Below are positions 1 through 10,808 of a stretch of DNA of 64,000 bases, in pieces. Where the stretch lies: the NCBI GenBank assembly GCA_950097015.1, contig CATNEN010000005.1, positions 3,224,001-3,288,000 of the forward strand, written 5' to 3'. The notes below the pieces were generated by a model, which was not told the origin of the DNA, did not search any database, and saw only the letters and a program-made list of their open reading frames with translations. Source of the stretch: Macrostomum hystrix (lineage: Eukaryota; Animalia; Platyhelminthes). Position 1 is the first letter of the stretch. Each line of letters begins with the position of its first letter. The translations under genes and the position numbers were made by a program.

Positions 1-190
1 CCATCAGGTTCAACAGGAGGCCGATTTCATGTACACGGCCCAGAGTCGCGAGGTCAAGGCGAGCAGCCGCAGGCAGTTCCGCCAGCATCTGCAGCAACAA
101 AACAACCAGCTGCAGTTTCAGCGTGCTAGCAAGAGCCAAGTTGACTTTCTACAACACGCTGAAGGAGATTGCCAACGTCGTCATCAGCAG

Positions 191-224
<34 letters not shown>

Positions 225-478
225 GCGTGTGCAAAATTCCTGCCGAAAATAATCAGCCCATCGCAGCCCGGATCAAGAGTGACGAATGCTTGTTTGAGCA
301 GCAGCAGCAGCAGCAGCAGCAGGCAAGTTTCTGCAGCAGTTTTGAGCCACGATCGGTCATCCTCGTGCTGGAACTAGTCGGCTGCGGCAGCTGCAAATCA
401 TGCCAGTGTCTTGACGCCTGCAAACATTCAGGCTCCATCCAGTGCCAGCCAGCTAGACTGCCAGCAGCGCAGCAGCGC

Positions 479-510
<32 letters not shown>

Positions 511-598
511 GGTGATTCGCGCTAGCCTGCCGTGTGGGGTCGTCTCAACGCCGCTTGTGCCGATTAGTCAGTCTGGTAGGCGACCCCGGGAGCTTTGA
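1..598 (+). CDS. Partial polyglutamine-rich coding exon, open at the window start; product unknown
   Basis: One frame is stop-free from the window edge to TGA at 596-598 and contains three CAG runs read as polyQ plus a Cys-rich patch. No recognisable domain and no visible acceptor or start. Confidence 0.35.
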
Positions 599-1020
599 AA
601 GGAGCTGACCACGATTTGACCACGATTCTGTCTCGACAAAACGACTGGTCGACACTTTCCTGACTTAAAACTCAAATTTTCATTTAACTGAAAACTGACA
701 CCTGCAATTTCTCCAAAACGGACGCCTGCCTGCTCACACTAAACCGACAGTGTATTCTCGTAGCATTTGGTCTTCACTATACAGCGATTTTTTGCTTTTT
801 TTAAAGCGAGAACTTTCCCTGCTAAGCGAGGAGGGAAGTAAATATAACGCTATAGTCAACATTACTTTGATTAGAGTGGATAAGATACGTACAACTAACC
901 CTTCCACGCTGACTCATCGCTTTAGCTTTGTTGTTTTGCTTTAGCAACTGTTGCCACACATAATGGCTTTCGAAACTCCCAAATTTAGTACCCTATGCCC
1001 CTTGCCAATATCTACTCAGC

Positions 1021-1215
1021 CCGTGTCTCATCTCTCCCGTGACTCATCTCTCCCGTGTTCTATCTATCCCGTGTCTTATCGCTGCCGTGTCACATCTCTC
1101 TGTGTCTCATCTCTCCTTTCTATCTATCCAGTGTCTCATCTCTCCCGTGTCTCATCTCTCCTGCCTCATCTCTCCTGCCTCATCTCTTCCCTGTTCAATC
1201 TCTCCTGTCTCCTGC
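1021..1215 (+). repeat. Degenerate 16-bp satellite array (gtgtctcatctctccc family)
   Basis: Tandem ccgtgtctcatctctc-like units. Same motif as 8270-8632 and the reverse complement of the 61760-64000 array. Confidence 0.8.
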
Positions 1216-1821
1216 TTGAGCATTTTGGTGTATTATTTGTGTTTAATACAACATTGTAAAGAACTTTTGCCCTGACACAATGATCGGCCATTATACCGAT
1301 TTTTATTTTTTTAGCAGGAATATTTGATCTGATGTTTGAAAGTTGAAACAAATTAAATTTAAATGCCTAAAATGCCTAATGCCTACTCGCCTCATAATTC
1401 TTATCTATTTGTCTCTTTCTATTTTCTTATCTCACTGTCCCTCAGCACGCTTAATAGATTTACATCATACTCTCTGCCCTATCAGTTCACCCACCTAATC
1501 TCTCCTCCATTAAAAAAAGTGTGAAATAATGGCCGCTCAAAAGTGTGTGTTGATTAGGCCGTAAAATTGTGTTAAATTAGTGGAGACTGAAAAAGGAAAC
1601 TGTTTCTTGAATATTAGCCCGGTTTTGTTAGGCGAGAATCTTATTAATTTTTGCCAATCGCGTCAACCCTGCGCACTCACTCTTCTGGGTTGATAATAAA
1701 CATTTGTTAACTGTTTTAATTCAGCCCCCTTCTATAAACTCAATAAATATATATAATATATAAATATATAAATTTTTTTATAAATTTATTATATATTTAT
1801 TTATAATTATAATTATATTTA

Positions 1822-2154
1822 TGTTGTGGGTTTCGTTACGATAATTCCGTAAATAGTTTTCTAGAACTTTCTACCACTTGTTATAACACTCTGTTGTTTC
1901 CAGAATCTTCTCTGCGCCTCCCCCGCGGGCTATCTATGAGAACTTTCTAGAAAGTTCTCCCACTCGCTCCCCAGGCTATAAATAGAAACCCCCGCGCGGT
2001 GCACACACTCAAGAACCTTTCCAGTATTTAATAATACTGCTGTTACAAATATACGCTTATCCAGTCGACTGCCGAGTGCTCCTTTCGGCGCTATACTTAC
2101 ATTTACCGACACTACAATTGGAATCTCTGTATTCGTTACTTCAAGAATACAACA
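1822..2154 (+). repeat. 5' LTR
   Basis: 333-bp direct repeat of 6559-6891 with TG...CA termini and TATAAATA at 1977-1984. Confidence 0.97.
1858..1984 (+). promoter_or_regulatory. Three heat-shock elements (nGAAn inverted arrays) plus TATA box in LTR U3
   Basis: tTTCt-aGAAc-tTTCt at 1858-1872; tTTCc-aGAAt-cTTCt at 1897-1911; aGAAc-tTTCt-aGAAa-gTTCt at 1939-1958; TATAAATA at 1977. The same sites recur at +4737 in the 3' LTR. Confidence 0.8.
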
Positions 2155-2163
2155 GGGATTTTC

Positions 2164-2181
2164 TGGCGTCGCAAGCAGGAT
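2164..2181 (+). other. Primer binding site, tRNA-Ser-like
   Basis: TGGCGTCGCAAGCAGGAT has the form of the complement of a tRNA-Ser 3' end (...AUCCUGYUYGYGACGCCA). It lies 9 nt downstream of the LTR end. Confidence 0.7.
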
Positions 2182-2253
2182 CTTGATCAACTTCGAGGAC
2201 GTCTAATCTACAACGACTGTCACTATTGACCGAAGGATCAAGCTACTACAATC

Positions 2254-5200
2254 ATGCCCGAAACGATGCAAGACGAGGATATAATCAGCCTCCTACGGCA
2301 GCAGATGGAAGAAGAGCGCCAACAGCGGAACGCTGACCGGCAGATGATGCTCGACCTCATTCGGTCTCTAAAGCCTGCAGCGGACCAGTCCCAGGCTGCA
2401 GCTTTGCCGACGCATGTGACGACGTCGACTCCGAGTTTCTCGCCATTCGACGCCACGTCCGAGCTCTGGCCCGACTACTTGGCCAGATTCTGCACCTTCA
2501 CGGGCGCGAACTCCATACCCGACGACAAGAAGGCTCAGGTGTTCCTGACGAACCAGTCTCCGTCTGTCTACAAGCTTCTCTCAAACTTGGCAGCGCAGCA
2601 GACGCCGCGGAAGGAGATCAACACGCTCACTATGGACGAGATTGAGAAGTTCATGGAAGAACAGTATGACACCAAGCGCTTCATCGTGCGGGAGCGTTTC
2701 CGGTTCTGGAGCGACATGCGGCGGAAACCGGGTGAGACGATCCAGGAACTGGCTGCGAGAATCCGCCAGGATGCAACCACCTGCGATTTCTCTTCCATCA
2801 AAGATCCACTGGACGAGGCGCTGCGCACGCGTTTCATCTGCTCAGTGAGGAACGAAGCAATACTCAAAGCTTTGTTCAAATTAAAGGTGGAAGAGCTCAC
2901 GTTCGCCCGGGCTGTCGAGATCGCCATCGAGACAGAGGAAGCCGCCCGAGTCGCCAAGGAGACGGTTTACGGCGACAAATCCAGCCCCGTTAACAAGGTT
3001 AAGCAGAAGGTTCGGCGACCCGGAGCCACTTCGGCGAAATTTACGACAGATTCTACTGCTTCCAGGTCTACTACTGACTCTGCGTCTGGTTCGTGCTACC
3101 GCTGCGGAGCGAAGAACCATCGGGCAAACGATTGCCGATTCAAAGACGCGACCTGCCGGCACTGCAAAAAGGTGGGTCACCTAGAATCTGTCTGCCGTTC
3201 CAAGGCCAAAGGATCTGCCCCTGCGGCGAACTTCAAGAAGCCAGTGAAACAGGTCGAGGAGCATGTGCTTGTACATGCTGTAGCCCGAACCGAGGACGAC
3301 CTGCCTAAGCTGGAAGTGTCGATCCACATCCAAGGCAAGGCTCTCGCCATCGAGGTCGACACTGCGACAAACGGCAACTTCATCACAGAGTCATTCTGGA
3401 AGAAGCTGGGGACGCCGCCGCTCGAAGTAGCGATGTCACGCTACGAGTCCGCCAGCCGACACGACTTACCTGTACTAGGTACCTTCGTCGGGAAAACGAC
3501 ATTGCCTGGCTCAGCTCATGAGCACGACATCCAGTACATCGTCACACAGGTGCCCGGCTTGAATCTACTCGGCCGGACCGCCACGAAGCTGTTGGGAATC
3601 TCCGTCGACAAACTGCTCGGCGCTGCCAGCGCCATTCAAGAAGTCAACGCAGTGTTTGACCACCTGTCGCCGGACGAGGCTCTTCAAAAGGCCTGCCGAA
3701 ATCTTTGCGACGAATTCCCGGACCTGTGGAAGGACGAGCTGGGTTGCCTCAAGGACTTCAAGCTCGAGTTGCAGTTTAACCCGGATGCAAAGCCGGTGTT
3801 CCGGAAGGCTAGGCCTGTCCCCTTCGCCATCCGCGAGGAGCTCGAGCGCGCCTACGACGAGGGCATCAGGAGAGGCATCTGGGAGCCTACTGACTTCAAT
3901 GACTACGGGACGCCCGTGGTCCCCGTGCGAAAGCCCTCGACCGGCTCAGAGCAGCCGAAACTGCGAGTCTGCGGAGACTACTCGTGCACTATCAACCCGC
4001 AGCTGGAAGACAACCGTCACCCGCTGCCCCTCCCAGAGGAACTGCTACAGAAGCTGGGAGGCAGCTACTGCTTCTCAAAGGTAGATCTGGCCGACGCCTA
4101 CAACCAGATCGAGTTGGGACCGATGAGTCAGAGGCGCCTGGCACTGAGCACCCACCGGGGTGTGCTTCTTCAGAAGCGGCTCGCTTTCGGCCCGAAGTCT
4201 GCAGTGGGTGAGTTCCAGTTCATCATGGAAATGGTAGCCGGTGATCTGCCCGGAGTCGTTTTCTACTTGGACGACTACCTGGTCGGCGGCGCGACCGCTG
4301 ATGAGCATCTCGCAAACCTACGCCGGCTTTTCCAACGCCTTTCTGACAAGGGACTTCGCTGCCGACGGGAGAAGTGCAAATTCGCCATGCCCAGCATCGA
4401 GTACCTTGGCTATGTACTGTCGAAAGAAGGCATCGCCAAGGGAACCAAGGTGGACGCTGTCCGCGAAATGCCTCCACCAAAGGACGTGTCCAGCCTCCGG
4501 TCATTCCTCGGCTCGGTCCAGTTCTACGCGAAGTTTCTGCCGCCAAGCATGGCCACGATCTCCGAGCCGCTGTACCGGCTCACCAGGAGGGACACACCGT
4601 GGACCTGGAAAGACGCAGAGCAGCGGGCCTTCGACCAGATCAAGGAGGAGCTCTCGTCGGACAACGTGCTGGTCCACTACAATGCCGACCTCCCTCTCGG
4701 GCTCTCCTGCGACGCATGGATCCAACGTCGGGATCTGCGCCGTCCTGTTCCACCGCTACCCGGATGGTAGCGAGCGGCCGATCGCCAACGCTTCAAAGTC
4801 TCTGACGGATGCTCAGCGCCGCTATCCTCAGATTCAGAAGGAAGCCCTTTCAATCATCTTCGGCCTAAAGAAGTTTTTCCAATACTTGTTCAACCGCAAG
4901 TTCATCCTGGTCACGGACCATAAGCCGTTGATTTCTCTATTCGGGCCCGAGAAGGAGACACCAGTGATGGCGGCAAACCGGCTGGCACGGTGGGCTAACC
5001 TGCTCCACAACTTCAACTACGAAGTCGAGTACCGCCAGACCAAGAGTCACGGAAACGCGGATGCCCTGAGTCGCCTGCCAATGGGAGACGACCCAGATTT
5101 CGACGGGGAGGAGAGCGCAGCCGACTTCGACACGGTCTGCGCGATCAAGGTCCTAAGCTTGCAAATCCAGCCGGCTGACGCCTCAGCCGTGGCCAAAGAA

Positions 5201-6520
5201 TCATCGAGGGACCCGGTGATCTCCACCGTCATGCGCTACTGTCGAGAAGGATGGCCACCAGACAGGCGAGACGAAGACGCCGAGGTGGCCCGCTTACGGA
5301 AGGTCAAAGATTCGCTCTCCTGCGGCAACGGGTGTCTTCTGCATGGCTGTCGTCTTGTGATTCCTCGGAACCTCCGGAATGAGGTGCTGAAGATTCTCCA
5401 CCTCGGACACTTTGGAATACAGAGGATGAAGCAGCTGGCTCGATCGGCAGTCTACTGGCCGAACATCGACGACGACGTCGAGCACCTGTGCCACGGCTGC
5501 CACAGCTGTGCTGAGCACCAAAATCATCCGCCAAAGGCCGCCGTCCATCCGTGGATGATGCCTGAGAAGCCTTGGAGTCGCCTACATCTGGATCACGCAG
5601 TCAACTTCCTCGGCACCAACTGGCTAGTGCTCACGGACGCCTACTCGAAGTACCCGTGCATACACTCGACGCAATCCATGTCAACGCGGGCAACGATCGA
5701 GCTTCTGGAAGAAGACTTTGCCCACTTCGGCTACCCTCACGCCATCGTCACTGACAATGCAGCGGCATTCATGGCTGAGGAGTTTCAAGCTTGGTGTCGC
5801 GAACACGGCATCGCGCACCTCACAGGAGCTCCGTATCATCCTGCAACAAACGGAGCGGCCGAACGACTGGTTCAGACCTTCAAGAAGGCCCTGAAGAAAT
5901 CCAGCCTGCCACCTGCCAGGGCGCTACAGCAGTTCCTGATGCAGTACCGACGGACTCCTGCGGTCAACGGCTACTCTCCGAGCGAACTCCTTAATGGCCG
6001 GCAGATCAGGACACAGATTGATACTCTGCTGCCATCTCCAGCCCATCTCGCCCAGGATCGCCAAGTCAAGCAGGCCGAAGAGTCCAGAGCTCGGAAAAAG
6101 TTGTCTCGCGTCCGAGAAGGCTACAACGTCGGAGATCCGGTCTACGCTCGCTACTACGGACCACGCCGCGAGAAGGAAGGCCGCTGGGTTCCGGCAGTGG
6201 TCACCAAGCGGCACGGCAGCCGCAGCGTCAACGTCAAGGTTGTCCCAAGCGGCCCGGTGTGGCGACGGCACTTCGACCAGCTTCAACCGCGACACGTGTC
6301 CGCGGAAGACAGCGAGCCAGGATCACTGCCGACTCAACAAAACGAAACGGCCGGCCACCTGATGCTGCCGGCCACACCAGCGGTGGCACATCCAGGATCT
6401 CGACCCAGGCCTCCAGGATGGCGAGCGCCGGACCAAGTCCAACACCCGCCGCCCTACGGACCAGATAATCCACGACGGTCGGCTAGGCAGCGAAAGCCAC
6501 GGCTACAAATGGACTTATAG
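2254..6520 (+). CDS. Gag-Pol polyprotein (two CCHC knuckles, protease, RT, RNase H, integrase), broken by a 4-bp insertion at 4717-4720
   Basis: CYRCGAKNHRANDC and CRHCKKVGHLESVC knuckles; protease VDTA; RT FYLDD; RNase H ...IQKEALSIIFG...TDHKPL; integrase HHCC and D(LDHA)-D(TDN)-E(AAER). Removing TGGA gives a single 1420-aa ORF and restores CDASNVG. Confidence 0.93.
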
Positions 6521-6558
6521 ACTTTCTATCAGCTGTACTCACAGTTTTGGTGGGGAGG

Positions 6559-6891
6559 TGTTGTGGGTTTCGTTACGATAATTCCGTAAATAGTTTTCTA
6601 GAACTTTCTACCACTTGTTATAACACTCTGTTGTTTCCAGAATCTTCTCTGCGCCTCCCCCGCGGGCTATCTATGAGAACTTTCTAGAAAGTTCTCCCAC
6701 TCGCTCCCCAGGCTATAAATAGAAACCCCCGCGCGGTGCACACACTCAAGAACCTTTCCAGTATTTAATAATACTGCTGTTACAAATATACGCTTATCCA
6801 GTCGACTGCCGAGTGCTCCTTTCGGCGCTATACTTACATTTACCGACACTACAATTGGAATCTCTGTATTCGTTACTTCAAGAATACAACA
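6559..6891 (+). repeat. 3' LTR
   Basis: Copy of 1822-2154, preceded by the PPT ggggagg and followed by the TSD attta. Confidence 0.97.
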
Positions 6892-7799
6892 ATTTATATA
6901 ATTATAATTATGTATATATATTTATATAATATATATATATATATATTATTTAATTTATTCAAGCTCAAAGTGAACTAATTCAGGCACATTCATCTATGCT
7001 TCTATATGCCGAATGGCAAGCAAAACAATCCATTTTAATTGTAACACATAACAACAACAAATAATGATCTTTATTTGAGTTACAATGAGTATACCATCGC
7101 ATGCAAACGTTGTTTGTCAAATTACATTCTATAACATTAAATTATACTGTCAAAATAATTAGATACTCAACTTTTGACAATGTTTTATTTCGTCATTAGA
7201 AGTATGGAATTGCACTTCTGGGATATAATTCAGTCCTTTTAACCTTAGCATTAGCTCTTCTTATGAAATCTATCAATTTAGTTATAGTATACGTGGGTAG
7301 CAATCAGAGACATTGGCAGCAGATTGAACGACACGAAGTAGACACTGAAGCTAAGATTGATCGCAATAGATCTATAGAACATCAATAGAAGCGCTAATAA
7401 AATAGGATAGCCAACGTGGTATACAACCACCGACGACGGTGCAATGTACCAATCGTGTAGAAACAGCTGCAGCTTGTTGTCCTTCGACAGGAGGTTGCGT
7501 CGCTCGTTGATGTGCTCGGCGAAGCCCTGCGAATTATGGACCAATGACGGTCAGGATTTCGAATAATTAGTGGCTTTATTAAGTAAGGAATATCAATACA
7601 ATCAATATATCAATCATTTAAGAATTCACTTGACATCCAATATCTGCTCCGGACATAGTTTTTGTTTGAGCACTACAGGGAATTAAGACTGTTTATCAAG
7701 GACACAAATTATATCCACTCCGCTAGAAGACCAAGAAGCCAGCGACCAAGATAAAATTTGAGAATTTGTTTGGACTGACCAACTACTATGCGCTCTACA

Positions 7800-8150
7800 T
7801 AAAAAATACTCCGAGAGAATCGAACCCCTGATGGCGCTGCTGTCAGGTCCGCCTTGTGTGGGGCCCAGCAGAGCAGAAAGCCTTTGAGGACACCCAGACG
7901 GCACTCGTATCCGTTGATCCGCATCTTCGACCCAAAGAAGCTGACAACTGACGACAGATGCTGGCGAGTCGGCGGTCTCCGGTATTCTCACTCCAGACTC
8001 TCACTCACTTGTCCAAACGCCTCACTTCCTCTGAGCGCAAATATGAGTACTCAAACATTGAGCGTGAGGCTATGAAATGGGCAACCCAGCGAGAGAACGA
8101 CTTCCTGCTGAGCAAGAAATATGTGCTCCAGTGCTTTTGCCACCCACGAG
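7800..8150 (+). pseudogene. Decayed Gypsy RT-connection/RNase H fragment
   Basis: Frameshifted remnants read ...WGPAEQKAFEDTQ..., RIFDPKK and SKRLTSSERKYEYSNIEREAMKWATQRENDFLLSKKYVLQ, matching the retroviral-type RNase H pattern S..LT.AERxYSxIEREAL. Confidence 0.7.
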
Positions 8151-8185
8151 CTCCCCAAAGTACCGCCTAAAATTTCGGTTTAGAA

Positions 8186-8709
8186 CAGGGGTCGGCAAAC
8201 TCCGGCCCGCGGGCCAGATGCGGCCCTCGAAGCCCCTAAATCTGGCCCGTTGCCCCTTCCACCACCTATAGTATCCTATCTCATCTCTCCAGTGTCTTAT
8301 CTGTCCTGTGTCTAATTATCTCTCCCCTGTCTCATCTCTGCCGTGTCTCCCGTCTCTCTCCAGTCTTATCTATTCTCATCTCTGGCTCATCCCTCCCCTG
8401 TCTCGTCTATCCGGTGTCTCATCTCTCCCATTTCTCATCTATCCTGTGTCCAATCTCTCCCATTTCTCATCTCTCCCATTTCTCATCTCTCCCATTTCTC
8501 ATCTCTCCCATTTCTCATCTCTCCCATTTCTCATCTCTCCCATTTCTCATCTCTCCCATTTCTCATCTCTCCCATTTCTCATCTCTCCCATTTCTCATCT
8601 ATCCTGTGTCTCATCTCTCCCCTTTCTCATATTCCTACAGTTAATACGGCCCGCTGTCGTCCTATAGGTTCTCTCCGTGGCCCGCTCGCTAAAAAGTTGC
8701 CGGCCCCTG
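8186..8709. mobile_element. Non-autonomous hAT-Charlie (MER58-like) MITE with an internal satellite
   Basis: TIRs CAGGGGTCGGCAAACT and AGTTGCCGGCCCCTG; perfect 8-bp TSD GTTTAGAA at 8178-8185 and 8710-8717; GGCCC-rich subterminal motifs; no transposase. Confidence 0.92.
8270..8632 (+). repeat. 16-bp satellite array (tctcatctctcccatt) inside the MITE
   Basis: Tandem 16-bp units, nearly perfect at 8450-8600. Confidence 0.9.
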
Positions 8710-8804
8710 GTTTAGAATGAAACTAAACAGATGGCAATAGAGAGTATACTGTGTTTATCAGGAAGCTTGTCAGGGCATCGCTTTTATTGACTGATTTAAA
8801 AACT

Positions 8805-10334
8805 TTATGAGAAATTTTGCTCCATGCGTGAACTCACTTGATTCTTGTGGATTACAATGCAGTCTGTTATCTTCACCAGCAGGAATGAAATTTGTGTACT
8901 AACAAACATGTATGACTCCAAATAGTCCAGCTGGCCAATCATTCTCAGCAGAATGTTGGCTGCAACAACTCCAAATCTCAAAACTATCAGACACATCAGA
9001 AAACTTGTGCTCCGCGGCAACACACGACTCGTGTGGATATCAGTAAGTATGAATCCGAAGCAGGCCATCAGTATGCCGAACATCATTTGAAATGCCTGTT
9101 TGGAATGCAAAGTTTTTTTATTATATGAGCATCGATTCTGAGCATTATATATTAGTAAGCACAATAGACTAACCTTTAACGGTAGAAAAACAATCCATGG
9201 GACTGAACCACTTGCGTGGTGAAACATCAGCACTGATTCGCTCATCTTTAGTGAACCTCGCAGTGCATATTCAGAAAATTTACTTTGATCATTGCTTATC
9301 ATTTCAGAGGACACATCCGGCATTGACATAAAGCTCTCCATATCAATAAAGACTTCGCTGTTATCTCTGTTGCAGAGGCCTTGGACTGCTGCGTCACGCA
9401 AATAGTCAAGTCCAGTGAATGCCATGGCAATGAATGTGTCAATGAAACAGATGGCAATAGAAATTAAGATGTAGTTTCTTTTAATTGTCGTGTTTGCCAA
9501 AGCACCGATAGAACTGGTAGTGAAGCTAATAAGGGTGAGGCTATGAGTACAGTAGATCACACTGGTCATCAGCAAGCCATCAAAGTCTCTTTGTTCAGCT
9601 GTTTCAGATAATGCTTTTCTGTTCCTGCCAAAGAAGTGCAGCAGCAAGGTGATGGCACACAGAACCATCAGTGAGATGTAGAGGCGACCGATTGTTCCGT
9701 AGGTTGATAGCGAACGACCAAAGAGCAGCGCGTAGGAAATGATGATGACAACCAGCATTATGCTGCTGTAGAACAGGATTTTCTCCGGATCGCTGAACAG
9801 CGAATGGACGATGCAAGCTACCTCGCTTCGGGTTCGAGTCAGACAGGAAGGCAGAATCAGTTCGTTTTCATCGGGAGTCTCGTGTGATTTCAGCACGATG
9901 GTCATAGACGTGCCATTGCTAGAGCTGTTTGCATCTTTCAAGCGACAGTTTGGCGAGTAAAAATGCAGCAGCTTGTTGGCTCTCGAATCGTGTGCCAATG
10001 AAACGTAATAACTTGAGACTGCTATGATCACTTTGTTGATAGCTTCGCTCATCGCTAACTGTGACAGCTGCATCAGAGCAATGAGCTGGTAGCAGCACAG
10101 CCACTTCTTGGCAGCTGGACTTTGATTCTCCGCCTGTTCCGGCATGAGGTAAGCTGACTCGGAAGTAAATGCAGGAATTCCGAAGATAATCAACACCATC
10201 CAGTACGCTCCGAAGAATTTGGCGAAACCAAATTTGCTGGCAACCATTGGCACAAAAACCAGGTCGAAGAGCCCAACAGAACTGACCAGATTGAAAGCCA
10301 CGAAATCAACCATTCGACTAAATAGCAGATTCAT
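8805..10334 (-). CDS. Highly divergent SLC6/SNF (sodium:neurotransmitter symporter)-like multi-pass membrane protein, single exon
   Basis: Stop-free ORF of about 509 aa (first ATG at 10334) with many hydrophobic segments. The N-terminus SVGLFDLVFVP...FGFAKFFGAY...GIPAF.SE aligns to SLC6 TM1-2 AVGLGNVWRFP...NGGGAFLIPY...GIPLF.LE. Confidence 0.7.
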   Translation of the reverse strand: MNLLFSRMVDFVAFNLVSSVGLFDLVFVPMVASKFGFAKFFGAYWMVLIIFGIPAFTSESAYLMPEQAENQSPAAKKWLCCYQLIALMQLSQLAMSEAINKVIIAVSSYYVSLAHDSRANKLLHFYSPNCRLKDANSSSNGTSMTIVLKSHETPDENELILPSCLTRTRSEVACIVHSLFSDPEKILFYSSIMLVVIIISYALLFGRSLSTYGTIGRLYISLMVLCAITLLLHFFGRNRKALSETAEQRDFDGLLMTSVIYCTHSLTLISFTTSSIGALANTTIKRNYILISIAICFIDTFIAMAFTGLDYLRDAAVQGLCNRDNSEVFIDMESFMSMPDVSSEMISNDQSKFSEYALRGSLKMSESVLMFHHASGSVPWIVFLPLKVSLLCLLIYNAQNRCSYNKKTLHSKQAFQMMFGILMACFGFILTDIHTSRVLPRSTSFLMCLIVLRFGVVAANILLRMIGQLDYLESYMFVSTQISFLLVKITDCIVIHKNQVSSRMEQNFS

Positions 10335-10808
10335 ATTTGCTTTCACGGATGTATTTGTGGATTTATGTACTTTTACTGCGACTGCGAATGACAGTTGTAG
10401 CTGGCTTAACTCATTTTTATTTATTTAATTTGTCTTATAATCCGTCAGAGCTCGAACTTTTTACCATAGATAGTCGTTTAGTCGTACCTAAACAAGTGCG
10501 TACCCACTCTTAATGAAGTCCGATTGCTTAGCTAGCGCCTTCTTAGCTAAGAATCCTCGTGTCTATGGTATAAACTCTTCTAATTCCTGGTCATGGGGTA
10601 AAGATTAACTATACTTTAAACTTTAAAGATTAATACAGTTTAATACAGGTTCAGTTTAATTACTGTACTACTACGTACGTATATTTAACCCAGACTTTAA
10701 TCTTTTAACCCAGACAAAAATTGTATGTCTTGTTCCCGCATACAGTGCTTTTTGGTAAATTTACTAAACAAACCTAGCGATTGGCGGTGTAAAGACTTTG
10801 CTTAAGAT

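Larger units (their letters stand above)
1822..6891 (+). mobile_element. Full-length Ty3/Gypsy (Mag-clade-like) LTR retrotransposon
   Basis: LTRs at 1822-2154 and 6559-6891 (333 bp, TGTTGT...ACAACA, no differences seen by eye). TSD ATTTA at 1817-1821 and 6892-6896. PBS at 2164-2181, PPT at 6552-6558, gag-pol in PR-RT-RH-IN order. Confidence 0.97.

Noticed and set aside
2568-6473. Many overlapping antisense and alternative-frame ORFs within gag-pol and within the GT32 genes
   Set aside because: They are shadows of GC-rich coding sequence; their recurrence in GT32 copies simply follows sense-strand identity.
7278-7544. Minus-strand 88-aa ORF with a GC-richer, coding-like patch
   Set aside because: No motif recognised and no supporting splice partners; it may be a TE remnant but cannot be supported.
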